A stretch of 64,000 nt of DNA. Origin: Candidatus Velthaea sp. Its GTDB lineage: Bacteria; Vulcanimicrobiota; Vulcanimicrobiia; Vulcanimicrobiales; Vulcanimicrobiaceae. The stretch lies in the NCBI GenBank assembly GCA_965214935.1, contig CBDCCS010000004.1, positions 42,954 through 106,953 on the forward strand. Reading direction: 5' to 3'. The position numbers and the translations under genes were made by a program. A model generated the notes under the pieces. It was not told where the DNA came from and ran no database searches. It worked only from the letters and a program-made list of their open reading frames with translations. Shown piece by piece: positions 29,406 through 39,123 of the stretch (its first letter is position 1; every line of letters starts with the position of its first letter).

Positions 29406-30632
29406 GTGCGTTTCATTTTTCTCACGCAATACTATCCGCCGGAGATCGGAGCACCGCAAACGCGGCTCATGTCGATCGTGCGATTGTTGCGCATGCGCGG
29501 ACATAGCGTTGAAGTCGTTACAGCCATGCCGAACCATTTAGCCGGTAAAACATTCGAGCGCTATCGCGGTAAACTATTCGTACGCGATCGCTGGGACGGC
29601 GCGCCGATCATCCGCACGTGGATGTATGCAGCAAGTGGAATGGGCGTTCGGCGTCTGCTCAGTTATCTTTCATTTACGCTCTCGTGTGTTGCGGGTCTCG
29701 CACGCGCACGAGCCGCCGATGTTATTTTCATCGAATCACCGCCGCTATTTTTAGCAGTACCTGGCATCGTGTACGCGCGAGTCCGCGGCATGCGCTCGAT
29801 TTTCAACGTAGCCGATCTTTGGCCGGATTCGGTTCGCGCGCTCGGCGGCGCGTTCGGACAATCGCGCCTACTGCAAGCAGCAGACTGGCTCGAAGGCTGG
29901 GCATATCGGCAAGCAAACATTGTTTGCGCCGTATCGCAAGGCATCGTCCTGACCCTGACCCAAAATAAACATGTACCGCCGGGAAAAGTTGTGTTCTTTC
30001 CCAACGGCGTCGATACGGCTTTATTTACACCACGGCCACCCGATACCGATTTGCAAGCTCGCTTCGGCGGCGCCGACGCGCGCGTGTTTCTCTATGCCGG
30101 AACCCACGGCTCAGCGCAGGGGCTCGAGTTCGTCATCGCAGCAGCAGCGCTGTTGCGTGACACGACTGCGTATTTTCTTTTCGTCGGCGACGGGCACAGC
30201 AAAGCGCAACTTCGCGAGCTCGTGCGCGAGCAACGACTCACGAACGTTGCATTCATCGATTCGGTACCGCTCGAAGAAATGCCACGGTATCTTTCGATTG
30301 CCTATGCAGCGATCGTTCCGCTGCTGCGCCGCGAGATATTCAAAGATGCGCGGCCGTCGAAAATGTTTCCGGCACTCGCATCGGGTGTCCCAATCGTGTT
30401 TGCCGGCGAAGGCGAATCAGCCAAGTTGCTTACCGATGCAGCGTGCGGCGTCGTCGTCGAGCCCGAAGCGCCCGAGTCGATGGCACATGCGATCCGCGAG
30501 CTCATGAGCGACATGCCGCGGCGCAATCGGCTCGGCGCAAACGGGGTACAGCTTGCCGACGCTTCTTTTAGTTGGGCCGCGATCGTTGATACTTGGTTAA
30601 CGCAAGTAAGCGAACGTCTAAAATTAGGCTGA
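29406..30632 (+). CDS. GT4 glycosyltransferase (WbuB-like)
   Basis: TQYYPPEIGA, VVTAMPNH, DLWPDS, YAGTHGSAQGL, PSKMF..LASG.P. Confidence 0.9.
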   Translation: MRFIFLTQYYPPEIGAPQTRLMSIVRLLRMRGHSVEVVTAMPNHLAGKTFERYRGKLFVRDRWDGAPIIRTWMYAASGMGVRRLLSYLSFTLSCVAGLARARAADVIFIESPPLFLAVPGIVYARVRGMRSIFNVADLWPDSVRALGGAFGQSRLLQAADWLEGWAYRQANIVCAVSQGIVLTLTQNKHVPPGKVVFFPNGVDTALFTPRPPDTDLQARFGGADARVFLYAGTHGSAQGLEFVIAAAALLRDTTAYFLFVGDGHSKAQLRELVREQRLTNVAFIDSVPLEEMPRYLSIAYAAIVPLLRREIFKDARPSKMFPALASGVPIVFAGEGESAKLLTDAACGVVVEPEAPESMAHAIRELMSDMPRRNRLGANGVQLADASFSWAAIVDTWLTQVSERLKLG

Positions 30633-30841
30633 GCGACGTTCCGAAGAATTAAACCGAAACCGCACATCATGCATGTGGTTGTTTGCCCCCCGGACAGCCG
30701 AAGAAATGCATGCTAAATTACAAATTGAGCTGATGTGCGAAGTCGCACAATCGGTTTAACTTTGATTGTGAGTGCAGGCACGCCGCAGCGTTAGGCCGAT
30801 ACTACCGACCGCCGACAATTCACGTCCGCTGCAGCGATCTG

Positions 30842-32683
30842 ATGTTCCGTCGATCGCACTTGCACTTCACGTTAAATCAATTGAGAAATCGAGGCTTCTT
30901 GACGTTGCGATCGGTCGTCTTCTGCGCGCTCTATGCTCTTGCAATGACCGTTACCGGTTGTTCGGGAGGTGGTTCAACCGTAACACCGCGCTCTCAATCG
31001 GACGTTCCGAACGGTGCGCCGATTGCGGCCATGTCAGCCCTGCGCCTGACGCAAATCAGCTCGACCGATTCGTCGTCGTCAACGCACGTAAAGACGTGGG
31101 GATACTGGGGCCAGGCAACCGAACCGGCAGGTGTAACGGCAGCGTATGTCGCCTCGCACCTTACCTTTTTAGAAGCCGATCCATCGCACGTCAGCCAGTT
31201 CCACAGCGCCGGCGGAACGTATGGCGTAAAGTACACCGACCCGAGCCGCGTCATCCCGGCGCGCCATGAAGATCTCTGGACGGTCCCGGAATCCGGCTGG
31301 TTCCACGATTCTTCGGGCCGGCGCATCTACACCTACTTTCCCGGCTACGGCACGCAAAATATGCTCAACCCGGAAAAGTCGGAAACACGTAACGCCTATG
31401 TAACATTGACGCAGCAAATTAAATCATCGGCACCGTATTCGTACGTTGAAGTCGATAATACGTACTACGATCTGGTCGGTGCCTTCTACGGCTTTAATAC
31501 ACCGGGGGTCGAGGCCGGATCGCAGAGTGCGTACGACAACGGGATCGTACAGCTGTTACAAGGCAGTGCGGTAACGCCGATCGTCAACGGCTTGAGCAAT
31601 GAAGACGGCGGACTGAACGGCGTTTCCGGGACGAAGATGTTCCTACCGTACGCCGCCGGCGGCATCAACAACGAAGGCTGCCTGCAGGCAACCTACGTCA
31701 AGTCCGTTGCGCAGTGGGAATTCGACGCCAACACGCTGCTCTATACGTCGGCGCAGCATAAGTGGTCGGTGTGCTGGCCGCAAAGCGCGCAAACCTCCGA
31801 CGCCCACACCGAGCGCTTATTTTTCTTAGGTTCATGGTGGCTCACATACGATCCGACGTATTCGGTCGCGTTTCCACAGTTCGCCTCGCATTCAGGCTTG
31901 TTCATCTTTCCCGAATATGCAATCGTGCCGCTCGATCCGATTCAAACCGCGAACGCGCACGTTTCCGGGCTCAAAGATCCAAGCGGCGTTTACGTACGCG
32001 AGTTTGCGAAATGTTATCAAGCGGGAACCGCTATCGGCGCGTGCGCCGCGTTCGTCAATCCATCGTCATCGAAGCTCACGCTGCCGGCGCGCGCCGCCGC
32101 CTACCGCAACATGCTCTCACTCGATGCAAACAATGCCTATGACGGCGGGAAAGCCGGCTGGGAATCGAACTCCGCGCGGACGATTGCACCGCTGAGTTCC
32201 GTCATTGTCGCCGGGCTCAACGGCGCTCCGGCCACGCCGGCGCCGCAGCCGACGCCGGGCGGCGCAAACATCACGCTCTACGGAACGATCGCCGGCACCA
32301 CCGCGACATCATTGCTCACGCAGTCGTCGTGCGGCTATGAGTACGTGTACTTCGACGGCTCGACGCCGATCGCGAAGAACGGCTATTCGCTCGCGGCCGG
32401 GACAAACTTAAAGGTCGTCGGCAGCGGGACCTGCGCCACGTCCGTGAACGCATCGCAGATAACGCTAACCGGCGTCGGCACGACCATCACCGGCGACGTC
32501 ACGTCGGTTTCGGCGCAAACCTACGTCGTAAAGACCAGCGGCTCGTGCGGCAGCGTTCCGGTCCGCGTTGACGGATCGACCACCTTCGTTGGGCCCGCGC
32601 CCGGCGTCGGGGCGAGCATCTCGGCGACCGGAGCGGGCAGTTGTTCGAGCGGCATCAGCGCGACGTCGGTCGTCACGCATTGA
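30842..32683 (+). CDS. Probable lipoprotein: unrecognised putative glycoside-hydrolase domain, Pro/Thr linker and two Cys-paired repeats
   Basis: VTGCSGGGS lipobox-like signal; central domain is colinear with the protein at 52703-53935; exact start uncertain. Confidence 0.8.
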   Translation: MFRRSHLHFTLNQLRNRGFLTLRSVVFCALYALAMTVTGCSGGGSTVTPRSQSDVPNGAPIAAMSALRLTQISSTDSSSSTHVKTWGYWGQATEPAGVTAAYVASHLTFLEADPSHVSQFHSAGGTYGVKYTDPSRVIPARHEDLWTVPESGWFHDSSGRRIYTYFPGYGTQNMLNPEKSETRNAYVTLTQQIKSSAPYSYVEVDNTYYDLVGAFYGFNTPGVEAGSQSAYDNGIVQLLQGSAVTPIVNGLSNEDGGLNGVSGTKMFLPYAAGGINNEGCLQATYVKSVAQWEFDANTLLYTSAQHKWSVCWPQSAQTSDAHTERLFFLGSWWLTYDPTYSVAFPQFASHSGLFIFPEYAIVPLDPIQTANAHVSGLKDPSGVYVREFAKCYQAGTAIGACAAFVNPSSSKLTLPARAAAYRNMLSLDANNAYDGGKAGWESNSARTIAPLSSVIVAGLNGAPATPAPQPTPGGANITLYGTIAGTTATSLLTQSSCGYEYVYFDGSTPIAKNGYSLAAGTNLKVVGSGTCATSVNASQITLTGVGTTITGDVTSVSAQTYVVKTSGSCGSVPVRVDGSTTFVGPAPGVGASISATGAGSCSSGISATSVVTH

Positions 32684-33872
32684 CCGTGTCGCTTAGTGAC
32701 GCGGCAAAGAGTCGCGGGCTCGTCGCCGCGTGCAGCACTGCGCGAATCGCCGTCAAAACATCGCTCTGCTCGGCGTCGCTAAGGTCCGGATACAACGGCA
32801 GCGATACGAGTTCGGGCCAGACTGCATTGGTGACCGGAAGTTCTGCAGTCCGATAGTCCGCGAACGCCGAGAAAAGGTGCGTCGGGATGTAATGGACGCT
32901 CGTCCCGATGAAGCGCTCGCCGAGCGCATCGATGAACCGGTCGCGCGTGATGCCTGCCGTCTGCGAATCGAGCCGGACGACGTACATGCACCAGGCGTGC
33001 CGGCCGCCGGCCGACGGCGCCGGACTGACCGGCGTCGCGCCGGCAACGTCCGCCAATTCCGCATCGTAGCGCGCGGCAAGCTCATCGCGCCGCCGCTGCA
33101 TTGCCGCGAGCCGATCGAGCTGCGAGAGACCCAGTGCTGCGCACATGTCGGGAAGATTGAATTTGTGACCGGTCACAGTCACGTCGTAGCGCCATTTTCC
33201 GCCCTGCGTATAACGCTTCCACGCATCGCGATCCATCCCGTGTAATGAATGAATTCGCACGCGTTCCATGACGTCGTCGCGATTCGTGACAACCATGCCG
33301 CCCTCGGCAGTGGCCAGATTTTTGGTCGCATAAAAACTATAGGCGGCGCCGTCGGAACGCGTGCCGGCCCAGCGATTGCCGTCAAGCATCCCGGCCGCAT
33401 GCGCCGCGTCCTCGAATACCGCGATGCCGCGCGGCCGAGCATAGGCCGCGATGGAATCGATATCGGCGGGGTAGCCCGCGTAATGCATCGGCATGATGAG
33501 TTTTGTGCGTGCCGTTACGACCTGCGCGACGGACGCCGCCGTGATGCACAACGTTAACGGATCGACATCGGCAAACACGGGCACGGCGCCGAGCTGCCGC
33601 GCACACTGGGCGCCCGCGACGAACGTTAGCGACGGCATGACGACTTCATCGCCGGGCTCGACGCCGAGCGCGATCATGCCGAGCAGCAAGCCCGCAGTGC
33701 AACTGCTGACGGCGACGGCATGCTTTGCTCCGGTGTCTTGCGCGAAGCGACGCTCGAATTCACGCACGCGTGGGCCGGTCGTCAACCAACCGTTGCGCAT
33801 CGAATCGGCGACGGAGGCGAGATCTGCCGGCACGATCGACGGCCGGTAATACGGAAGAAATTCGGTTCGCAC
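32673..33872 (-). CDS. DegT/DnrJ/EryC1/StrS sugar aminotransferase (likely 4-aminotransferase)
   Basis: GWLTTGP, SSCTAGL, EDAAHA, YSFYATKNLATAEGG. Confidence 0.93.
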   Translation of the reverse strand: MRTEFLPYYRPSIVPADLASVADSMRNGWLTTGPRVREFERRFAQDTGAKHAVAVSSCTAGLLLGMIALGVEPGDEVVMPSLTFVAGAQCARQLGAVPVFADVDPLTLCITAASVAQVVTARTKLIMPMHYAGYPADIDSIAAYARPRGIAVFEDAAHAAGMLDGNRWAGTRSDGAAYSFYATKNLATAEGGMVVTNRDDVMERVRIHSLHGMDRDAWKRYTQGGKWRYDVTVTGHKFNLPDMCAALGLSQLDRLAAMQRRRDELAARYDAELADVAGATPVSPAPSAGGRHAWCMYVVRLDSQTAGITRDRFIDALGERFIGTSVHYIPTHLFSAFADYRTAELPVTNAVWPELVSLPLYPDLSDAEQSDVLTAIRAVLHAATSPRLFAASLSDTVNA

Positions 33873-33881
33873 GAGAGACTC

Positions 33882-35291
33882 CTAACGCGTCGCGAATACT
33901 TGGCCGGCGGGTACCGACCGCGCATGCGACTGCGGAAACGAACGCGCGTACGTCACGACGATCGCCGCCAGCAAAAAGACCGACCACGTTGCTTTTTGAT
34001 GCATGATGCCGACGAAAAGCGACGCGACGAAAAGCGCCAGCGTCGATGCTTCGATCGACGCCCGGATGTCGGCATACGGCGCAGGCGCTCGAACCGTCCG
34101 CAGATCGGTAATTTGCACGATCCACGCGTAGATGAGTAACGCCAAGCCGAGCACGCCCAACTCGACGCCCGTCTGCACGATAACGTTGTGTGCGACGATA
34201 TGCCAGTGCTTGTACGTTCCGTGATACACCGCGAACCACGCACGGTCGTAGGCATCTTGGAAGTTGCCGATGCCGACGCCGACAAAGGGATGTTTGCGAA
34301 ACGCGACGAGGCCGGTCTTCCAAATCGACGTTCGACCGGCGCCCCCGCTACTGACGGCAACGGCAAAACGCGCGACGAGCGGACTTGCAAATATCGCGCT
34401 TCCGCCGATTGCCAGAAACAGCCCGAGCTGGCTGCGATACGGCGAACGCCATAACAGATATGCCAGCAGAACGGCGATCGCGATCAACGCACCGCGCGAT
34501 CCGCTCGCGATAAAGCCGCCGGCGAGAATCGCGAGCGGGCCAAAAGCGAGGAGCTTCCGCACGCCGCTTGCGCGCAAGAAATACATCATAGAAAGCCCGA
34601 ACGGCAAAATCAAAGCAGCCGCAAATTCGTTGGGATCGATCTGCCGGTCGCCGGCCTCGACGATGAGACGATCGTGGCGGTATGCGTGCCCGCCCTGAGC
34701 GAGCAGATAGTCGCCGTACAGCGCTGCAAAAATGCCGCCGATCACGAGCGCGATCATGACGGCGCGCACGTCGCTCCACTTCGCCGGAATCATTGCGACA
34801 ACGACGAGCAGCAAATACTGCTGCATGTAGCGCGAAAACCAGTCGAACGCCGCTTCGCGATTGTCCGCCCACATGATGGACGCAGCCATGAACATGATGA
34901 GGACGCCCCACACGAGCACCGGGCGTCCGGGTAAGCGCAAATTTTTCGTGATGATGATGCGTGCGACGATCGCCGCGGTTGAAATTACGGCAAGCACGCG
35001 CGGGATCGAACCGACGGCGCCGAGCGCAACGAGATTCTCGAACGGAATCACCGCAGCGTACAGGCTGAACGGGAAGATCAGCGGAGCGCGCAAGCTGACG
35101 GCAAACGCGAACGGCAGCAGGGGTACCGCGAGTGCTGCCATGAACGCAACCGGTGACGGTAGTGCCAGCGCCGCTTTGAGCGCATACAAACACACCGCTA
35201 CGTAGAGCAGCACTCCTGCAGCGGTGCCGGCGCGTTTGGAGATGCGTATGCGTGCGACGGGTACGTGCCGCGCGAGCAACGTCCCGTTCAC
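33882..35291 (-). CDS. O-antigen ligase/Wzy-family polymerase
   Basis: Multi-TM; DPNEFAA, SGSRGA, GR..IW, HPFVGVGIGNF, AHN...Q..VELG; start approximate. Confidence 0.85.
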   Translation of the reverse strand: MNGTLLARHVPVARIRISKRAGTAAGVLLYVAVCLYALKAALALPSPVAFMAALAVPLLPFAFAVSLRAPLIFPFSLYAAVIPFENLVALGAVGSIPRVLAVISTAAIVARIIITKNLRLPGRPVLVWGVLIMFMAASIMWADNREAAFDWFSRYMQQYLLLVVVAMIPAKWSDVRAVMIALVIGGIFAALYGDYLLAQGGHAYRHDRLIVEAGDRQIDPNEFAAALILPFGLSMMYFLRASGVRKLLAFGPLAILAGGFIASGSRGALIAIAVLLAYLLWRSPYRSQLGLFLAIGGSAIFASPLVARFAVAVSSGGAGRTSIWKTGLVAFRKHPFVGVGIGNFQDAYDRAWFAVYHGTYKHWHIVAHNVIVQTGVELGVLGLALLIYAWIVQITDLRTVRAPAPYADIRASIEASTLALFVASLFVGIMHQKATWSVFLLAAIVVTYARSFPQSHARSVPAGQVFATR

Positions 35292-35307
35292 GTGCCGGCG
35301 CGCTCGT

Positions 35308-36399
35308 TCAGCATGCCGCTGCGACGCCGTGCGCGCGACCTGCCGCAACGAGGGCCGTCGCGATGCGTTCGGCGCATTCACCGACGAACGGCAAGGCAGT
35401 TCGATCGGCGGTCGGAAGCCTTCGGAGCGCGCCGCGCGCAATCGCCGCCGGATCGCTACCGGCTAGTACGTTCCAGCCGCCCGTCAGCGTATCGACCCAC
35501 TCCGTCTCATCGCGCATCGTCACGCACGGAACGCCGAGTGCGAACGCTTCTTTTTGCATCCCGCCCGAATCCGTCAGCACCACGCGAGCATCGCGCTCGA
35601 GTGCGATCATCTCGGCGTACGAAACCGGATCGCACGTGCGAATCGAGTCGCCGGGGGCGCCGACCGCGAATTCGTGCGCTAACGTTCGGGTGCGCGGATG
35701 CACCGGAAAGATGGTCGGCAATCCGGTCGCCCGTAACCCTTCGATCAGCCGCCCGAACGTATCGCGATCCGCGGTATTAATCGCGCGGTGAATCGTGGCA
35801 AGTGCATAGGTGCCGGCGGCTACACCCAGACGCGTTGCGATCGCGGGTACCGCGGGCAGCGCACGCGCTGTCTCGAGCGCAAGATCGATCATCAGATCGC
35901 CGACGATGACGACGGCGGCCCCGAGTCCCTCGGCGACCAAATTCCGGCGCGCCAAGTCGTTCGAAACGAGATGCAGATTGCTGACATGATCGGCGACGAT
36001 TCGATTGACTTCTTCTGGTGCAGACCGGTTGAACGAACGCATTCCGGCCTCGACGTGTGCCAACGGCACGCCCGCTTTTGCAGCGGTCAACGCACCGGCG
36101 AGCGTCGAATTCGTATCGCCGTAAACGAGCAACCAATCCGGTGCTTCACGTTCCACGATCGGTTCGAGTAAGGCTAGCATGTCGCCGGTCTGCTTACCGT
36201 GAGAGCTCGAACCGACGTCGAGCGAGTACGCCGGCGGCGCGAGCGCGAGCTCTTCGAAAAAGATGGTCGACATTGCGTAATCGTAATGTTGACCCGTGTG
36301 CACGAGCACTTCATCGATGCCGTGCCGCCCGAGCGTTCGGCTCAGAACGGCGGCCTTGACGAACTGCGGACGCGCGCCGACGATGGTGAGCAGTTTCAT
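35308..36399 (-). CDS. Non-hydrolysing UDP-N-acetylhexosamine 2-epimerase (WecB/WbpI type)
   Basis: MKLLTIVGARPQFVKAA, HTGQHYD, YGDTNSTLAG, HVEAGMRSFN..PEEVNR, TDSGGMQKEA. Confidence 0.94.
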   Translation of the reverse strand: MKLLTIVGARPQFVKAAVLSRTLGRHGIDEVLVHTGQHYDYAMSTIFFEELALAPPAYSLDVGSSSHGKQTGDMLALLEPIVEREAPDWLLVYGDTNSTLAGALTAAKAGVPLAHVEAGMRSFNRSAPEEVNRIVADHVSNLHLVSNDLARRNLVAEGLGAAVVIVGDLMIDLALETARALPAVPAIATRLGVAAGTYALATIHRAINTADRDTFGRLIEGLRATGLPTIFPVHPRTRTLAHEFAVGAPGDSIRTCDPVSYAEMIALERDARVVLTDSGGMQKEAFALGVPCVTMRDETEWVDTLTGGWNVLAGSDPAAIARGALRRLPTADRTALPFVGECAERIATALVAAGRAHGVAAAC

Positions 36400-37517
36400 T
36401 GCATGTAAACGCCGACCGCGGCATCCGAACGGCTCAGCGCAGCAATGACGCGCGCCTGATCGGCAAACGGGAGTTCGGGATACATCGGCAGCGAAAGCAC
36501 CTCGCAAGCGGCGGCCTCGGCTGCCGGAAAATCGCCCGCGGCATAGCCTAACGCTGCATGCACGATTTGCCGATGCAGCGGAACCGGATAGTAAATCATC
36601 GTTTGCACGCCGGCGGCGGTAAGCCCGCGCTGCACGTCGTCGCGCTCTTGCACGCGCAACGTGTATTGATGGTAAACGTGTTGTGCGCGTTGGGTCGCAC
36701 GCGGGCAAACGAGCGCCGGAACGTCGCTCAACGCTGCATCGTACGTTCGCGCGATCGCCCGGCGCCGGGCGGTCCACGCATCGAGACAGCGTAACTTCAC
36801 CCGCAAAACCGCGGCTTGCAATTCGTCGAGCCGGCTATTGACGCCGAGCTCCTCGTGATGGTATTTGACGCGTCCGCCGTGTGCGCGTAGCGCTTTGACG
36901 CGCGCCGCAAGCTCCGGGACGTCGGTCGTTACCATTCCGCCGTCGCCGTATGCGCCTAAGTTTTTTGACGGAAAGAAACTAAAGCAACCAAAGGTACCGA
37001 ACGTACCGACGCGCCGGCCGCCGATCGTCGCCCCCGTGGCCTGCGCGCAATCTTCAACGACCGCCAAACCGTGCCGCTCGGCTATCGCCATGATTTCGGG
37101 CATGGCCGCCGGTGCACCGTACAGGTGAACCGGCACGATCGCCTTCGTCCGCTTTGTGATCGCCGCCTCGATGGCCGCCGGATCGATGTTGTACGAGGCC
37201 GGCTCGATATCGGCAAATACCGGTCGCGCTCCGACCATGCCGATCGCCTCGCTCGTCGCGACGAAGGTAAACGGCGTCGTGATAACTTCATCGCCGGGGC
37301 CGATGTCGAGTGCGCGCAGCGCCAAATGCAGTGCATCGGTGCCGGAGTTGACCCCGATTCCGTAGCCCGCACCGGTGTAGCGCGCAAACTCGTCCTCGAA
37401 CGCCGCGACGTTCGGACCGTTGATGAAGTGACCGTGTGCAAGAACGTCGAGTACCGCTGCATCGATCTCCGTCCGAATGGTCCGGTATTGCGCGGTTAGG
37501 TCCAAAATTGCGATCAT
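36396..37517 (-). CDS. DegT-family 3-aminotransferase (WbpE-like)
   Basis: NSGTDAL, EDCAQA, SFFPSKNLGAYGDGG, NSRLDELQAA. Confidence 0.92.
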   Translation of the reverse strand: MIAILDLTAQYRTIRTEIDAAVLDVLAHGHFINGPNVAAFEDEFARYTGAGYGIGVNSGTDALHLALRALDIGPGDEVITTPFTFVATSEAIGMVGARPVFADIEPASYNIDPAAIEAAITKRTKAIVPVHLYGAPAAMPEIMAIAERHGLAVVEDCAQATGATIGGRRVGTFGTFGCFSFFPSKNLGAYGDGGMVTTDVPELAARVKALRAHGGRVKYHHEELGVNSRLDELQAAVLRVKLRCLDAWTARRRAIARTYDAALSDVPALVCPRATQRAQHVYHQYTLRVQERDDVQRGLTAAGVQTMIYYPVPLHRQIVHAALGYAAGDFPAAEAAACEVLSLPMYPELPFADQARVIAALSRSDAAVGVYMQ

Positions 37518-38122
37518 GCAAAAGGCTCCGTCCGGCGCACGATGCTATCGATTTGCGCGTAGTTGCGATCACAGTCCGCACACCGTGCACTGCCCGACAC
37601 GAATGCAAGGTCGCGGCCGCACTCGCACGAGTAGCCGCGAATTCGCGCGGGATTGCCGAATGCGCGAGCGTACGCCGGAATATCACGCGTGACGACCGCA
37701 CCGGCGCCCACAAAGCCGAATTCGCCGATCGTCGTGCCGCAGACGATCGTCGCATTGGCGCCGATCGAGGCGCCGCGCTTCACCAGCGTCCGAACGTAAT
37801 CGTCCGGACGGTTGCGCGGCGTGCCCGATCGCGGCGTGCGCACGTTGGTAAACACCATGCTCGGACCGCAAAACACGTCGTCCTCGAGTTCAACGCCGGC
37901 GTAAATCGAAACATTATTTTGGATCTTTACGTTGTTGCCGATCCGCACGTGCGACATGACGACCACGTTTTGACCGATCGTACACCGTTCGCCGATCGAT
38001 GCGTTGGCCATGATATGACAGAAATGCCAAATTCGCGTCTGCGCGCCGATGCGAACGGGAGCATCGACATAGGATGACTCGTGGACGAACGCTTGGGCAA
38101 CGTCGTGCATTAGCGCGGTCAC
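37514..38122 (-). CDS. Hexapeptide-repeat N-acetyltransferase (WbpD-like) with a C-terminal Cys cluster
   Basis: IWHFCHI, KIQNNVSIY, FCGPSMVFTN, GANATIVCG, CECG..C..C; GTGA overlap with the upstream gene. Confidence 0.92.
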   Translation of the reverse strand: MTALMHDVAQAFVHESSYVDAPVRIGAQTRIWHFCHIMANASIGERCTIGQNVVVMSHVRIGNNVKIQNNVSIYAGVELEDDVFCGPSMVFTNVRTPRSGTPRNRPDDYVRTLVKRGASIGANATIVCGTTIGEFGFVGAGAVVTRDIPAYARAFGNPARIRGYSCECGRDLAFVSGSARCADCDRNYAQIDSIVRRTEPFA

Positions 38123-39123
38123 GCAATCGCCTCCAGGGCCGGCATTGCGCGATCCGCAACTCGCTGCGTCATCTCCAGCACCGTAACGACGTCGCGCCCT
38201 TGCAGCACGGTCGTGGGCGGTGCAACGCCGGTTGTCATCCAATCGATAAACGCTTGCAGTTCGCACGCAAGCGGTTCAGCCGGAACGAACGGCACGTCGA
38301 CGGCCGGCGAACGCCATAGGACCGCTTGCCCCGACTCGCTGCGGGCGCCGGCCGGCGTGCGGCACACCGTTGCACCGTCGCGCGCATCGATGAACGTCAG
38401 CACGCCGGCGGTTCCGAACACATCGAAGCGGGCGCTTTTGTCGACGTCGAGCCAACTCACCTCAAGGTGTGCCGTTCGGTCGCCGGCGAAGCGGAAATCG
38501 GCATAGGCGAAATCAGCTGCGCTCCGACCGATGCACGCCGTCTGAACGGTGCTGACCGACGCCGGCAATTCGCCGTCGAACGCCGCGAGCATCAGCGCGA
38601 TATCGTGCGGTGCAAAGCTCCACCAAACATTTTCGACGGGCCGCAGCTTGCCCCAACTCAAACGCCGCGAGCGCAGGTGAACGATGTCACCGATCTCGCC
38701 GCGCGCAAGACTGGCGAATAGCGCGCGAACCGCCGGATGATACAGCAACACGTGCCCGACGAAGACCTTACGTTCCGCGCGCGCTGCGGCGTGCACGATC
38801 GACGCGGCATCGGCGGAGCTCAGCGCCAACGGCTTTTCAACGAAAACATGCAAGCCGGCGGCCAGGGCACGCGTTGCATAGGATGCATGCAGCGGTGCCG
38901 GGACGGCCAGCACGACCGCGTCGATCGAAGCGCGCTCGTCGAGCAACGCGCCGAATGACGCCGTCGTACGCACGCCGGGGTATGCCGCACGCGCACGTTC
39001 GAGATTCAACGGGTCCGAATCGCAGATCGCCTGCAGCACGCCGGACTCGGCGGCCACGCGCACGAGATGCTGCCCCCAGTAGCCTGCGCCGACGACGGCA
39101 ATGCGCGGACGTGCCGACGTCAT
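38119..39123 (-). CDS. Gfo/Idh/MocA oxidoreductase (WbpB-like 3-dehydrogenase)
   Basis: VVGAGYWG, HVFVEKPLA, VGHVLLYHPA, ENVWWSFAPHD. Confidence 0.88.
   Translation of the reverse strand: MTSARPRIAVVGAGYWGQHLVRVAAESGVLQAICDSDPLNLERARAAYPGVRTTASFGALLDERASIDAVVLAVPAPLHASYATRALAAGLHVFVEKPLALSSADAASIVHAAARAERKVFVGHVLLYHPAVRALFASLARGEIGDIVHLRSRRLSWGKLRPVENVWWSFAPHDIALMLAAFDGELPASVSTVQTACIGRSAADFAYADFRFAGDRTAHLEVSWLDVDKSARFDVFGTAGVLTFIDARDGATVCRTPAGARSESGQAVLWRSPAVDVPFVPAEPLACELQAFIDWMTTGVAPPTTVLQGRDVVTVLEMTQRVADRAMPALEAIA

Noticed and set aside
36400..36777. N-terminal extension of the epimerase ORF
   Set aside because: Overlaps wbpE out of frame; the family N-terminus MKLLTIVGARPQ starts at 36399
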